Part shown: piece after piece, positions 26,275 to 37,975 of the stretch
How the letters are laid out: each line of letters begins with the position of its first letter
Numbering within the stretch: position 1 is the stretch's first letter
NCBI RefSeq assembly: GCF_001194135.2
Contig: NC_068986.1
Location: 3,838,768-3,902,767 of the forward strand
From: Octopus bimaculoides
Taxonomy: Eukaryota
Direction of reading: 5' to 3'
Length of the DNA stretch: 64,000 bases
Made by a program: the position numbers and the translations under genes
Notes under the pieces: model-generated
The model's database searches: none
Told to the model about the DNA's origin: nothing
What the model saw: the letters and a program-made list of their open reading frames with translations, nothing else

Positions 26275-26871
26275 CGATAGAGAGACAGATACATACATAC
26301 CTATATGCATATACACACACACACACACATTTATNNNNNNNNNNNNNNNNNNNNNNNNNNNNNNNNNNNNNNNNNNNNNNNNNNNNNNNNNNNNNNNNNN
26401 NNNNNNNNNNNNNNNNNNNNNNNNNNNNNNNNNNNNNNNNNNNNNNNNNNNNNNNNNNNNNNNNNNNNNNNNNNNNNNNNNNNNNNNNNNNNNNNNNNNN
26501 NNNNNNNNNNNNNNNNNNNNNNNNNNNNNNNNNNNNNNNNNNNNNNNNNNNNNNNNNNNNNNNNNNNNNNNNNNNNNNNNNNNNNNNNNNNNNNNNNNNN
26601 NNNNNNNNNNNNNNNNNNNNNNNNNNNNNNNNNNNNNNNNNNNNNNNNNNNNNNNNNNNNNNNNNNNNNNNNNNNNNNNNNNNNNNNNNNNNNNTTACAT
26701 GTTTTAAACGTTGGAAATTATTATCGTGGTGAAAAAATTCATAAATTCAGTCTTTTTTTTTTTTCAAATACTTCTTTAGTTGTAAACAATATACCTTAAC
26801 GATATACCTTAACAAAGCCTTAACGATAACCTCAAAAATCTAATCATAGCCACAAACCGAAATTTTCATTG

Positions 26872-27215
26872 CAGATCTTGTCTGTATTCGACTCATAACG
26901 TAAAGCCGGAAAAAATACATCTAAGCATTTTGTCCAGCGTGTCCACTTCGTAACCAGTGGTTTCTCTTGCATCTAATACAGAAAAAAAAAACAACGGAGG
27001 CAATTTATTTTTAAACAGAATATCAAGGAAAAGTTATTGTTGGTTGTATACTTGGAAATAGAAGTGCCCTGAATAAGAAAAAAAAAAATTATCGACGTCG
27101 AAAGGATGAAAATCAAATTTGATCTCCGCAGTATTTGAACTCCGAACGTAAAGCCGGAACAAATTCCGCTAAGCATTTTATCCATCATGCCCTCTTCACA
27201 ACCAGTGGTTTCTCG
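26872..27215 (-). mobile_element. Two degenerate SINE family A fragments sharing a chimeric junction
   Basis: AACGTAAAGCCGGAA...CTAAGCATTTT...AACCAGTGGTTTCTC occurs twice, about 245 bp apart. Confidence 0.6.
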
Positions 27216-28469
27216 AAGATGTTTCAGTGATTCTTCCTTTCCAAAGAACCATGCAAATGAAAATATATAAAGTAGATGGTTTCTAGGCCGAAAAGATAAA
27301 GTTTTTTCGTACAAATGAAACTATGTTATTAAGGAATAAACGTAAAATGGTAGATTGCGGAGGGTTAGTTAGATTATCATCAAGTATGACGATGTCATTA
27401 TTGAAATTGAATCTATCAAATATTTTAGTTAAATTCATGATTAACATGACTAATAACTTGTAGGGACGTCGTATTTCGTTATGCAACCTTAATATACTTA
27501 TATAATAAATATCAAACGCTTTAGAAGTCAATACTGTGTTAGCAGTGCTATTAAATCATTTGTTAATGTTATCTTTATAGATACATAGAGCAGCGCTGGC
27601 ACTAACTTCTATAGAAAATCTATAGAAGTAACCTTAACAAGTAACATGATTAAATCCTCGCTATTAATTATCAGCTGTATCGAATGTTAATCGAAGAGAG
27701 TAAGAACAATTAACAGCGATCACACAGAAACATATATTCTTCTGAAAAATGATGGCCTTCGACGCGTATTTGTTCTTGCTGAGGTGAGAATGTAAAGCTT
27801 AGTAACGATCCATTTGGTGCAGATGGATACTCAAAGAGATGTACCAAACGAATTTATCGTTAGAAATTGTTATTGGGAACGTGTTTCAAAAACGGAAAAT
27901 AAGCAACTCTCTTGCCAAGTCATCGAGCACATTCAGCACACAGGTCTGCAACCAAAAGGTTTTTATATTCATTGGTTGAAATTAATCAAGTTTTACCTTC
28001 TAATTTCAGAAATCATACTATCACGTTGAGTTTCATCATTTATTTTACCATTACGTCCGAATTTAACAAATGTCTTTTATTATTACTATTAATTGCCATA
28101 TTTAGATAGACTATAACAGTATAACTAATAGGCGTAATTTTGAAAAATTACATCTGTCAACGTTTAGACCGCTTCACCGACACAGAGCGGTGTCTGTGTC
28201 ACTATAGTTTCTGTCACACGCAAGCATTGAGAAGAGAAAAATGCACTTTACAAGGTTACGAAATCACGTCGTTAAGGTTAAAACGTATTTTTTTCATTTC
28301 AGTTATTTCCTCATGTCTTTTTTTATGTATATATACTACATACATTGTTTTATTGCATAATATGTTACATTTTTATGCTTTTTTTAATGATATTTTGTAT
28401 ACATTTCGTTGGTAAATCAAATATATACTAATAAAAATGTTCCCTTTCCATCATTTGAAGCAAAGATGT

Positions 28470-30000
28470 CTTCCAGAAGACCTGCAGCAAGTCTAGCCGA
28501 TATAACTTTTGTTAAAGCTTACTATACCTATGTCGGTGTGAAATTAGGGGTCCGAGATAAGAATGGATTCCTCATAAGGCTTGCTCAATTTGTGGTGAAG
28601 AAATAAGACACCGGACAAAATATATAAAGAAGTTTTTTCGCATTGCGGTTCCAATGATATGGAAAGAGCCTAAAAAGCACAGTGATGATTGCTCCTTTTT
28701 CTCATGTAAGGTGCAGGGACACAATTCGAAAAGTGGAAAAACATTGTTTATCAAAATCTCCCATTTGCATAGCGACCTGTTGTCCATGGACCAGACGTTC
28801 CAATCCCATCATCACCAGGAAACCTTGAAGACATACACTTGAGTCCGAAGTCAGAAGGCAGAAATAGCAAGGGCAATGAAGGTGAAGAACCTCAACCAGT
28901 GGGAATGAAATGATTTAGTGAGGGTTTTAGTGCTCGCAAATGAGTCAGCAGCCTTTTAATCCAACAACCCTCGCACATTATTCTATTGGTATCATAAGCG
29001 CGAAAAAGATTGTATTCCTTATTTCGCTCTAGAAAATAATTTCGCTTATTGTACAGAACCATCAGAACTAATAGGAAAGTTTGGCATAAGTTACAACCTT
29101 AACGAATGAATACCCTTTTTTGACTCTTCAAAGAGAAGTTTTGAAGGTGTTTTGCTGCATAATAGGGTTAGGGTTAGGGTTAGGGTTAGTAATAAATATG
29201 CTTTTATCTCTGTTGGATTCTCGGTTATCATGAAGGTAACATGAAAATTTAGTGTCATTCTTACGAAAGATGAAATTGAAAGATCAAAGCTGGATGAGTT
29301 TTGCTGACTTGAAATGTTGCTTGGACAATAGTCAGGCAGCACTAGGTTTCCTCGTTTTTTGCATAAGTTGGACAGTAGAGCCAGGGACCTCCAACAGTCT
29401 AAAATAGAATGGCCAAGAAGGGATACGCTTATATCAGGAATAAAAATATCCTTCGAGAAAGTTCGGTTGATCCGAAAATAGTTCTTTTGCTACCTCTACA
29501 TATAAAACTTGGCCTCTTGCAGCAATTCGTAAAAGCTTTGCCACAGGATGTAGAAGCTTCAAGTATTAGCGTAGCAAGTTTTCTGCTCCATCAGACGTCA
29601 AGGATGAACGTTTTGAAAACTCTCTTAGTGATTCTGAAAAAGAGGTATGGATTAGTTTTAAAGGTGTGATGAACAACTTGTGTAAACACAAGGATCCAGA
29701 CCACAAAGACATAGTGGGAAAACTGCTGGAAAAGTTCGAGGCTTTAGGATGAAATGAGCATGAAAGATTGTTTCCTACAAGCCCATTTAGATTTCTTTCC
29801 GTAAATCTGGGAAATATGAGCGAGGAGCAGGGGAAAGGTTTCATAAAGATATGAATGGAATGGGAAGAACATATCAAGGAAGATGGAATGTCAATAAGAC
29901 GGCCTACTACTGCTGAATGTTGCATCGTGAAGGTTCATCAAATGCTCACAAGCGTAAGAGATCTAGGCGAAGTTTCCAAATGAAAAAGAAGAGATTTTGA
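28470..30000 (+). mobile_element. Chapaev3/CMC-superfamily-like DNA transposase pseudogene
   Basis: Manual translation across frameshifts: VKAYYTYVGVKLG..DK, VPMIWKEPKKHSDDCSF, FDSSKRSFEGVLLHN, LPLHIKLGLLQQFVKAL, FLQAHLDFF..NLGNMSEEQG.RFHKDM...YQGRW. The family name is from recalled motifs and was not searched. Confidence 0.8.
29164..29187 (+). repeat. Interstitial telomeric repeat (AGGGTT)4 = (TTAGGG)n
   Basis: CATAAT-[AGGGTT]x4-AGTAATAAATATGCT. Confidence 0.9.
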
Positions 30001-30159
30001 GACGCTGACTCTAAACAAAGTGAATGGAACCTTCCTAAGAATCTATTTCCTCACCTTTCGAATGCATTTGTGCCATTTTATTTTGCTCATTCGTCGTCTG
30101 ACGTGTGTATTTATATAACTGTGTGCGTGCATGCATTCGTGCGTATGTCTGTGTATGTA

Positions 30160-30220
<61 letters not shown>

Positions 30221-30734
30221 GTGCGTGCGTGCGTGCGTGTGCGTGTGCACGTTTGCTTATATGTTTTCACACTAACTTCTGTGGTTTTGGCAAAATGGAA
30301 CTGGTGATGATGGTATCATCATTACCAGCAGTTCCACATTACAAAGATATCTTAACCTGCTCGGATAAAAAGTTAAGACTCCATTTGGTCATGAATGACC
30401 ATGAGATTGCACCTAGAAAGTTCCCCTCCGAGGCACAAGTCCGGGCAAGGTTGTGTTTTTTTGTATGGAAAACCAGTAGTCGCCCATGCATATCAGCCTG
30501 CCCTCTCCACGCCACTGATGTTATGCAATGCTAGCGTAACCACAACTATGGGTGGTTGTTTGTTGCATTCTACCCCTTTACTTTCTTGATCTGTCGTTTT
30601 CAAAGTAGTTAAACCTGTAATCTTAACTTTGTTTCATATTGTAGTTATATGAAGGATTTATCGTTTTTGCATCCTTTCTATCCGTTTTGTTTCTTTCACC
30701 TAGCATCTCTGGCTTCTCATCTTCTTATATACAA

Positions 30735-30900
<166 letters not shown>

Positions 30901-31243
30901 CCTTTATTCCTCTCTTCGATTTGACCCTACTAATACATTCCCAGCTTTTAGGTCACTTTAAACAGAACCCTTGATTCAATAACACTGTATATAAACTCTG
31001 TATTTGGAATGACCAATTTCAAAGACTGTTTGATTTTACTCATAGGGTATTGAAATCTTAATAATGGATTTACAAATGCAACGACCAATCATAAAGACTA
31101 TTGGATTTTACTCACAAGGTATTGGAATCTTATTTGCATACCATTCTACCTTAACAATGCATTTACAAATACAATATCCCTACATTCATTCTCTATTTCC
31201 TATTTCATGTAAATTAACTATTGCTTAATCATCCTCTCACACC

Positions 31244-31291
31244 GTCTCCGATGAAGGGATATAATAAATATCCTGGAAACAGCTGTAAGAC
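31244..31291 (+). ncRNA. Minimal type I hammerhead ribozyme-like motif in a Penelope pseudo-LTR remnant (~30990-31470)
   Basis: Stem I GTCT/AGAC; core CCGATGA; stem II GGGATA/TATCCT; GAAA; palindromic ACAGCTGT; GUA cleavage triplet. Deviations: U4C and an A.G at the base of stem II. Confidence 0.6.
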
Positions 31292-32096
31292 CTATTTATA
31301 AATGTTCTATATTATACACAGCCTTGTTTTTTGTTTATCTCATTACGAAATCCTTATATTCACACGCTGATATATGACCTATGTTGGACGCCTTATTCAC
31401 ATAATCACCGAACCTGGAGCTTAACTGTGGTCTATCCACATCACTTACTCAGCATTACCTGAAACCTCTGGGTCTAATTGACACCACTTTCGCTTATAAC
31501 CTATATATATATATATATCCGAGTAAAAGCAATAGAAGTCGCTTCATAGTAAAAAAAAAAACACTTTATCAGTGTAACATGCTTACTGTATGCGTGTCTT
31601 TCCAAAGCCAGGTGCTTAATTTTTCCCGGACAAAATCCACAGCTCCAGAGATTTTAACGGCACTCATTCATTAAGTACGGTATATTGTATGTATGTATGT
31701 ATGTATGTATATATGTATGTATGTATGCATGCATGTATATATCTATTTATCTATCTATCTATCGATCTATCTATTTATCTATCTATATATTTATCAATAC
31801 TCACATACACATCCATATAATTTGTAATAATGAAGTCCAACCTGAAACGTACGTATTGCTTTCAAAATATTATTACTTGGTTTGACTTCATTATTACGGC
31901 TCGATGCCGGCTCAGACAAGTCTGTCTTGACTCCAATTACTCTAACAAGATTTTGGAATAATTTATAGTATTTGGCTTCAATCAAAAATTTGGTACCGTC
32001 TATTGCTTATAAGCAAAACACGAAATTGCTATGCGCGCCATACACACACATATACACGTGTACACACGTACACACATGTGTACACACACACACACA

Positions 32097-32153
<57 letters not shown>

Positions 32154-32800
32154 CAGCACGTGCTGTTGGCGATTTCTTTTCCTTTCTTGGACTTTTCCCT
32201 ATCTCCTTTCCCACGATGGGTTACGCTTGAAACATCAAACTCCGTCTTTTCACCGAGTGTCAAGCTAACACATTTCTTGTGCCCGTCTTCTTCTTGTCCG
32301 TTAATTTTACTCGTATATCTGAATTGATCGTTTATTTGAAATGCCCCCCCCCACACACACACACATNNNNNNNNNNACACACATGTATGTATGTATGGAT
32401 GGATGGATGGATGGATGGATGGATGGATGGATGGATGGATCAGCCATGCAACAACACACATACTTTTCTCGGACTATTTTTTTTCTTCTCTCCGGACCGG
32501 GTCTCTTTTTCTCTTTCTGACGAAAATCCTTTCTCGAAACGCCACCCACCTTCTGTTTTTCATCTTGAACTGAACGTCAACTTAATTCTTTCACTGTGCA
32601 CCTCCTTTTGACTTTTGTTGTTTTTTATTTAATTTTTGTTTTTATTTTTGAAAATTTTGCATTTGTTTATGAAAATCAAAAAGGCCAGTGTGTCCCTTCT
32701 GTTGCAAAGAAGTAAAGTGTAGTTTGAAAGAGATTTTTTTCCTTGCCGGCCCAGCTTATATTATTTGCGTATAGTATACATACGTGCGTTTGGGCACACA

Positions 32801-32854
<54 letters not shown>

Positions 32855-33314
32855 NNNNNNNNNNNNNNNNNNNNNNNNNNNNNNNNNNNNNNNNNNNNNN
32901 NNNNNNNNNNNNNNNNNNNNNNNNNNNNNNNNNNNNNNNNNNNNNNNNNNNNNNNNNNNNNNNNNNNNNNNNNNNNNNNNNNNNNNNNNNNNNNNNNNNN
33001 NNNNNNNNNNNNNNNNNNNNNNNNNNNNNNNNNNNNNNNNNNNNNNNNNNNNNNNNNNNNNNNNNNNNNNNNNNNNNNNNNNNNNNNNNNNNNNNNNNNN
33101 NNNNNNNNNNNNNNNNNNNNNNNNNNNNNNNNNNNNNNNNNNNNNNNNNNNNNNNNNNNNNNNNNNNNNNNNNNNNNNNNNNNNNNNNNNNNNNNNNNNN
33201 NNNNNNNNNNNNNNNNNNNNNNNNNNNNNNNNNNNNNNNNNNNNNNNNNNNNNNNNNNNNNNNNNNNNNNNNNNNNNNNNNNNNNNNNNNNNNNNNNNNN
33301 NNNNNNNNNNNNNN

Positions 33315-33354
<40 letters not shown>

Positions 33355-33377
33355 AACAAAAAATTTATATCTTGGAC

Positions 33378-33441
33378 ATAGAGTTACCCAAGGTTTTGCA
33401 TCCACAAAGAAAAACCTTGTGGACAGCTCGTCAGACTATAT
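33378..33441 (-). ncRNA. Type I hammerhead motif in the 3' pseudo-LTR (G12A lesion)
   Basis: ATATAGT-CTGACGA-GCTGTCCACAAGG-tttt-CTTTGTGGATGC-AAAA-CCTTGG-GTA-ACTCTAT. Confidence 0.65.
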
Positions 33442-35154
33442 AAATACCAAATGTAAAATATCTACGTCGTAGACATGAGGAAGCACTCAGAACTCGAGAA
33501 ATACGTCTTAACAAAAAAGAAAAAAACAAAACCAAAACCGTTAATGAAGAAGTGTTATCTCCCCTGAATCAAAAGAGAAAAAATCCCCTTATATATCTGA
33601 AGGGGCCTAACTAGCATTCAGTAAGATCCAATTTTCCAGTAAGTAGCGCTTGAAATGGAGATATTTAGAAAACACTTCTTTATAGCTGTTTAATGCGCCA
33701 TGTTTCTTATAGTCCTTAAGAATTTTGGCTCCCTCCGCGATGCAGGTCATGCCACGGCCACTTCCATTAATAAACGGGCCCGGATGATCAATTAATTTCC
33801 CCCTTGATGTCACACGGGGTCCCTTGATCTTTGAAGTGCTATACATAGCGAGCCAGGGACGTGACAAACCGTTTTTCTGGGACTCTGAAGAATGACTGGT
33901 GGTTAAGAAGACGCCGCTTGAACGAAGTACTCGCAGAGCCAATATATTTACATACATGTGATATGGTCCTATTCGCACCCCTGGTAACATATTTCGCGGG
34001 CTGGTCATCCCATCGGTGTCGAAGGTAAATATTTGGTCATCTGAGGTGGCAGAACTGGGAACGGCGGATACCTCCTCCAAATCGCTGGTCCTGGATAGGT
34101 CATTATTTCTAGGTGCGGCGTTTGTATTGGTGGCAACATACATTGCGAGCCTGGTCACTCTTTCTGTATCTATAGTTTGTTCATTATTTGTGGCAGTGGT
34201 ACCGGACTGTTCGGTGACGCTCCCTGTGATGCTGGTCCCGGACTGGTTGTTATCTCTAGGTGTGGCAATTGTATTGGCGTGAAACTGGTTAATCTGCTAA
34301 TAATATTGCTGTTTGATGGTACGTTACTGTTTGATGGTACTGTTTGATGGTACTGTTATTGCAGCTATCACTATAACCTCATGGATGACCTGTTCGGCCT
34401 CACATCGGCCTCCTACTGGACAGTTATTATGTACCATGTAAGAACAATCTTGTATTGTGGGTACTAAAATGTTTTTTTTATGTTAGGCGAGCAACTAAAG
34501 GAGACTCTTAGGTTGTGTCTGTTAAATAGATGCCTGCATCTATGTGTGTGTGTGTGTGTGTGTGTGAGTGAAATGTATGTCTATCAATCTAAAGAAAATA
34601 TTTCCCACACAAGTCGGGACGTTGAGTGAGAAGGGTGGAGCAAACCAAACAACATTTCTGCGGCGCTTCCTTTTCCGGGTGCTTGGGGCAAGCATGTAGA
34701 TGTGGTCCTTAAACCTACTCGATACCAGTGCCTCATCTTTGTCGAGGCCGAAGAGGACCGAAGGAAACCTCTTCCCTAAGATGTCCAGGATTTACAGTCC
34801 GATAAGATCACAGACACCGGTGCTGTCATATGTTGCCATAGCTACATTAATGGAGTCCTTGGGGTCAGAATGCTTGACCCAAGTCAAATCTTTGTTGAAC
34901 AGCACCGTCTTCCTGGCATGCATGATAACTCTAACTCACTATTATTAATATATGTGAAACCCTTGGCAAAGGAAAGTGCCTTGAACAATAACTCTTTAGA
35001 AATAGATGGATAAAAGTCGACCTTGTCGAACTGTGTAAATCTAACCCTCCCTCTGTTCCGGTTGGTAGTAAACCATGAGGTTACCTCATTGGTGCTGCGC
35101 CATAGTGGATGGCTCGCGTGTCTTCTTATGCCATCATTAATCTTCCTCAGTTAT

Positions 35155-35365
35155 GGCGGCGAGCTGACAGAATTGTTAGCACGCCGGGCGAAATGCTTAG
35201 CGGTATTTCGTCTGCCGCTACGTTCTGAGTTCAAATTCCGCCGAGGTCGACTTTCCCTTTCATCCTTTCGGGGTCGATAAACTAAGTACCAGTTACGCAC
35301 TGGGTCGATGTAATCGACTATCCCCCTTCTCCAAATTTCAGGCCTTGCGCCTATAGTAGAAAGGA
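35155..35365 (+). mobile_element. Little-diverged SINE family A copy inserted in the Penelope RT with a 16-bp TSD
   Basis: TSD ATTAATCTTCC(T/A)CAGT at 35136-35151 and 35365-35380 (15/16); the RT reading (ILWKIN|DGIRR) rejoins when the insert is removed. Confidence 0.9.
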
Positions 35366-36118
35366 TTAATCTTCCACAGTATATACTTACTCGCTTGGCG
35401 AATCTCGGACTTGGCCGGGTTGATCAGGCGACATTTGGGGTCAGAGGCAAAACTCGGCTAGGGATTTTTCAGCGTTATAAATGCATTTCTCTTGGCCAAG
35501 ATCTCTACTCTGTCTGCTATACCGAGGTTAACTGCTATTTGTTTAGCCTCACAGTTAATATTATTTTAAATATGTGGAGAAGCGAGTATGTATTTTTGTG
35601 TGATTGGATTATTTAAAAGTCTATCGTAAGCGTATGTATCTATCAAGTATAAGTTCTTAGTCTTATCCAAGAAGATTAAGGACCTGCTAGAGTTTCTTAT
35701 TTTTTTTTGTATATCTTCACGGAGTTTGCTTTGAAAAGGGGAAAAGGACTTACGGAGTTTCAACCTGGGTATTATGCTCAGTAGGGCCGTTTCGAAGACC
35801 TCGAGTTCCTTGATTCTAGGTGGGAAGTTCCTAGATTTGATACCGTATGTATTAGCCTCAGAGGGAGGCGTGCTTTGATCATGGAAAAACGCATTCCATC
35901 TCATACGCTTTATAAGGTCTATCATTTTCTCCAATAACATTTTCGTGTAGACCTCATTAGAAAGTGTAGGGATAAATTTGTAGAAGACTCTAAATCGAAA
36001 CGTTCCATGTTATCCTTGAGGTAGCAATTGATAATATGTAGAAGTGTTAAGACGTATTCCTGGAGTTTTGAGTGTCTCCTCACGTCTGCGACGTAGATAT
36101 TTTAAATTTTATATTTAT

Positions 36119-36179
36119 ATAGAGTATGACGAGCTGTCCACAAGGCTTTTCTTTGTGGATGCGAAACGTGTAACTCTAT
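36119..36179 (+). ncRNA. Type I hammerhead motif in the inverted 5' pseudo-LTR (C3A lesion)
   Basis: Perfect 7-bp stem I ATAGAGT/ACTCTAT; ATGACGA; ~12-bp stem II closed by G-C; GAAA; AC-gt-GT; GUA. Confidence 0.7.
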
Positions 36180-36262
36180 GTCCAAGATATAAAAAATTTG
36201 TCGTAATAATTACTGCTCCATTCTTTAGCGTGTACTTCTTACTGATTATAACTGTCTATATA

Positions 36263-36300
<38 letters not shown>

Positions 36301-36302
<2 letters not shown>

Positions 36303-36919
36303 CAATGTTAATTCTCTAAATGAAGTATTAACAGTAACTGCACGATAAAGTGTAGTATATTGCCACTTAAGTGTGGCTGACCCCTAGGGGTGGGTGTTAC
36401 TGTTGCTTTTAGCCCCAGGAGGACATCTCCTCCAGCTGGCTTATCGACACACGACTGTGTCCTGTTTGCGAAGGGTAGTTATCCCTCTCACCAACATCTG
36501 CAGCACAAACGGATCCGGATTTCAGGGTTATTTCCCTTCGTCGGGGTTCGATAGCCGCTGACCTTGGTGAGGGAGACAAAAACCTGGCAATCTTATATCT
36601 TCTTTTCAAGTGAAATTCTTCACTGATATCGAAAAGGTGAAAACAAGCAATGTTAATTCTCTAAATGAAGTATTAACAGTAACTGCACGATAAAGTGTAG
36701 TATATTGCCACTTAAGTGTGGCTGACCCCTAGGGGTGGGTGTTACTGTTGCTTTTAGCCCCAGGAGGACATCTCCTCCAGCTGGCTTATCGACACACGAC
36801 TATGTCCTGTTTGCCAAGGGTAGTTATCCCTCTCACCAACATCTGCAGCACAAACGGATCCGGATTTCAGGGTTATTTCCCTTCGTCGGGGTTCGATAGC
36901 CGCTGACCTTGGTGAGGGA
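36301..36919. repeat. 345-bp near-identical tandem duplication running into a gap
   Basis: 36301-36645 repeats at 36646-36919 with two visible substitutions. Confidence 0.85.
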
Positions 36920-37660
36920 NNNNNNNNNNNNNNNNNNNNNNNNNNNNNNNNNNNNNNNNNNNNNNNNNNNNNNNNNNNNNNNNNNNNNNNNNNNNNNNNN
37001 NNNNNNNNNNNNNNNNNNNNNNNNNNNNNNNNNNNNNNNNNNNNNNNNNNNNNNNNNNNNNNNNNNNNNNNNNNNNNNNNNNNNNNNNNNNNNNNNNNNN
37101 NNNNNNNNNNNNNNNNNNNNNNNNNNNNNNNNNNNNNNNNNNNNNNNNNNNNNNNNNNNNNNNNNNNNNNNNNNNNNNNNNNNNNNNNNNNNNNNNNNNN
37201 NNNNNNNNNNNNNNNNNNNNNNNNNNNNNNNNNNNNNNNNNNNNNNNNNNNNNNNNNNNNNNNNNNNNNNNNNNNNNNNNNNNNNNNNNNNNNNNNNNNN
37301 NNNNNNNNNNNNNNNNNNNNNNNNNNNNNNNNNNNNNNNNNNNNNNNNNNNNNNNNNNNNNNNNNNNNNNNNNNNNNNNNNNNNNNNNNNNNNNNNNNNN
37401 NNNNNNNNNNNNNNNNNNNNNNNNNNNNNNNNNNNNNNNNNNNNNNNNNNNNNNNNNNNNNNNNNNNNNNNNNNNNNNNNNNNNNNNNNNNNNNNNNNNN
37501 NNNNNNNNNNNNNNNNNNNNNNNNNNNNNNNNNNNNNNNNNNNNNNNNNNNNNNNNNNNNNNNNNNNNNNNNNNNNNNNNNNNNNNNNNNNNNNNNNNNN
37601 NNNNNNNNNNNNNNNNNNNNNNNNNNNNNNNNNNNNNNNNNNNNNNNNNNNNNNNNNNNN

Positions 37661-37698
<38 letters not shown>

Positions 37699-37921
37699 TC
37701 ATTAATACACATTCGTTTGCACGTATGTATATTATACGCAAATAACATATGCTGATCCAGCTAGAAAAAGAAATCTTCAAACCACATCTTAGTTCTTTGT
37801 AACAGAAAGGACACACTGGCTTATTTGATTTTCATGCATTATAACAAGAAATGCATGATGGTCTCAACTGGAATGATGTTGATCATAAGTCTGCTCTGTC
37901 AGAGATGGTATGGTGCTAAAT

Positions 37922-37975
<54 letters not shown>

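Larger units (their letters stand above)
33351..36208 (-). mobile_element. Penelope-like retroelement, near full length with internal deletion, inverted pseudo-LTRs and a SINE insertion
   Basis: Minus strand: ATG at 36008; IKRMRWNAFF; DKTKNLY; PKCRLINPAKSE; VDFYPSISKELL; FGLDKDEAL (YRDD equivalent); RNVVWFAPPFSLNVPT; KYIGSASTSFKRRLLNH (YIG at 33938-33946); LNSYKEVFSKYLHFKRYLL*. 33351-33511 and 36047-36208 are inverted copies. Confidence 0.9.

Noticed and set aside
36370-36450. HDV-like ribozyme in the 345-bp duplicated unit
   Set aside because: I could not fit the P1/P2/P3/L3/P1.1/J4-2 topology on either strand; only simple hairpins.
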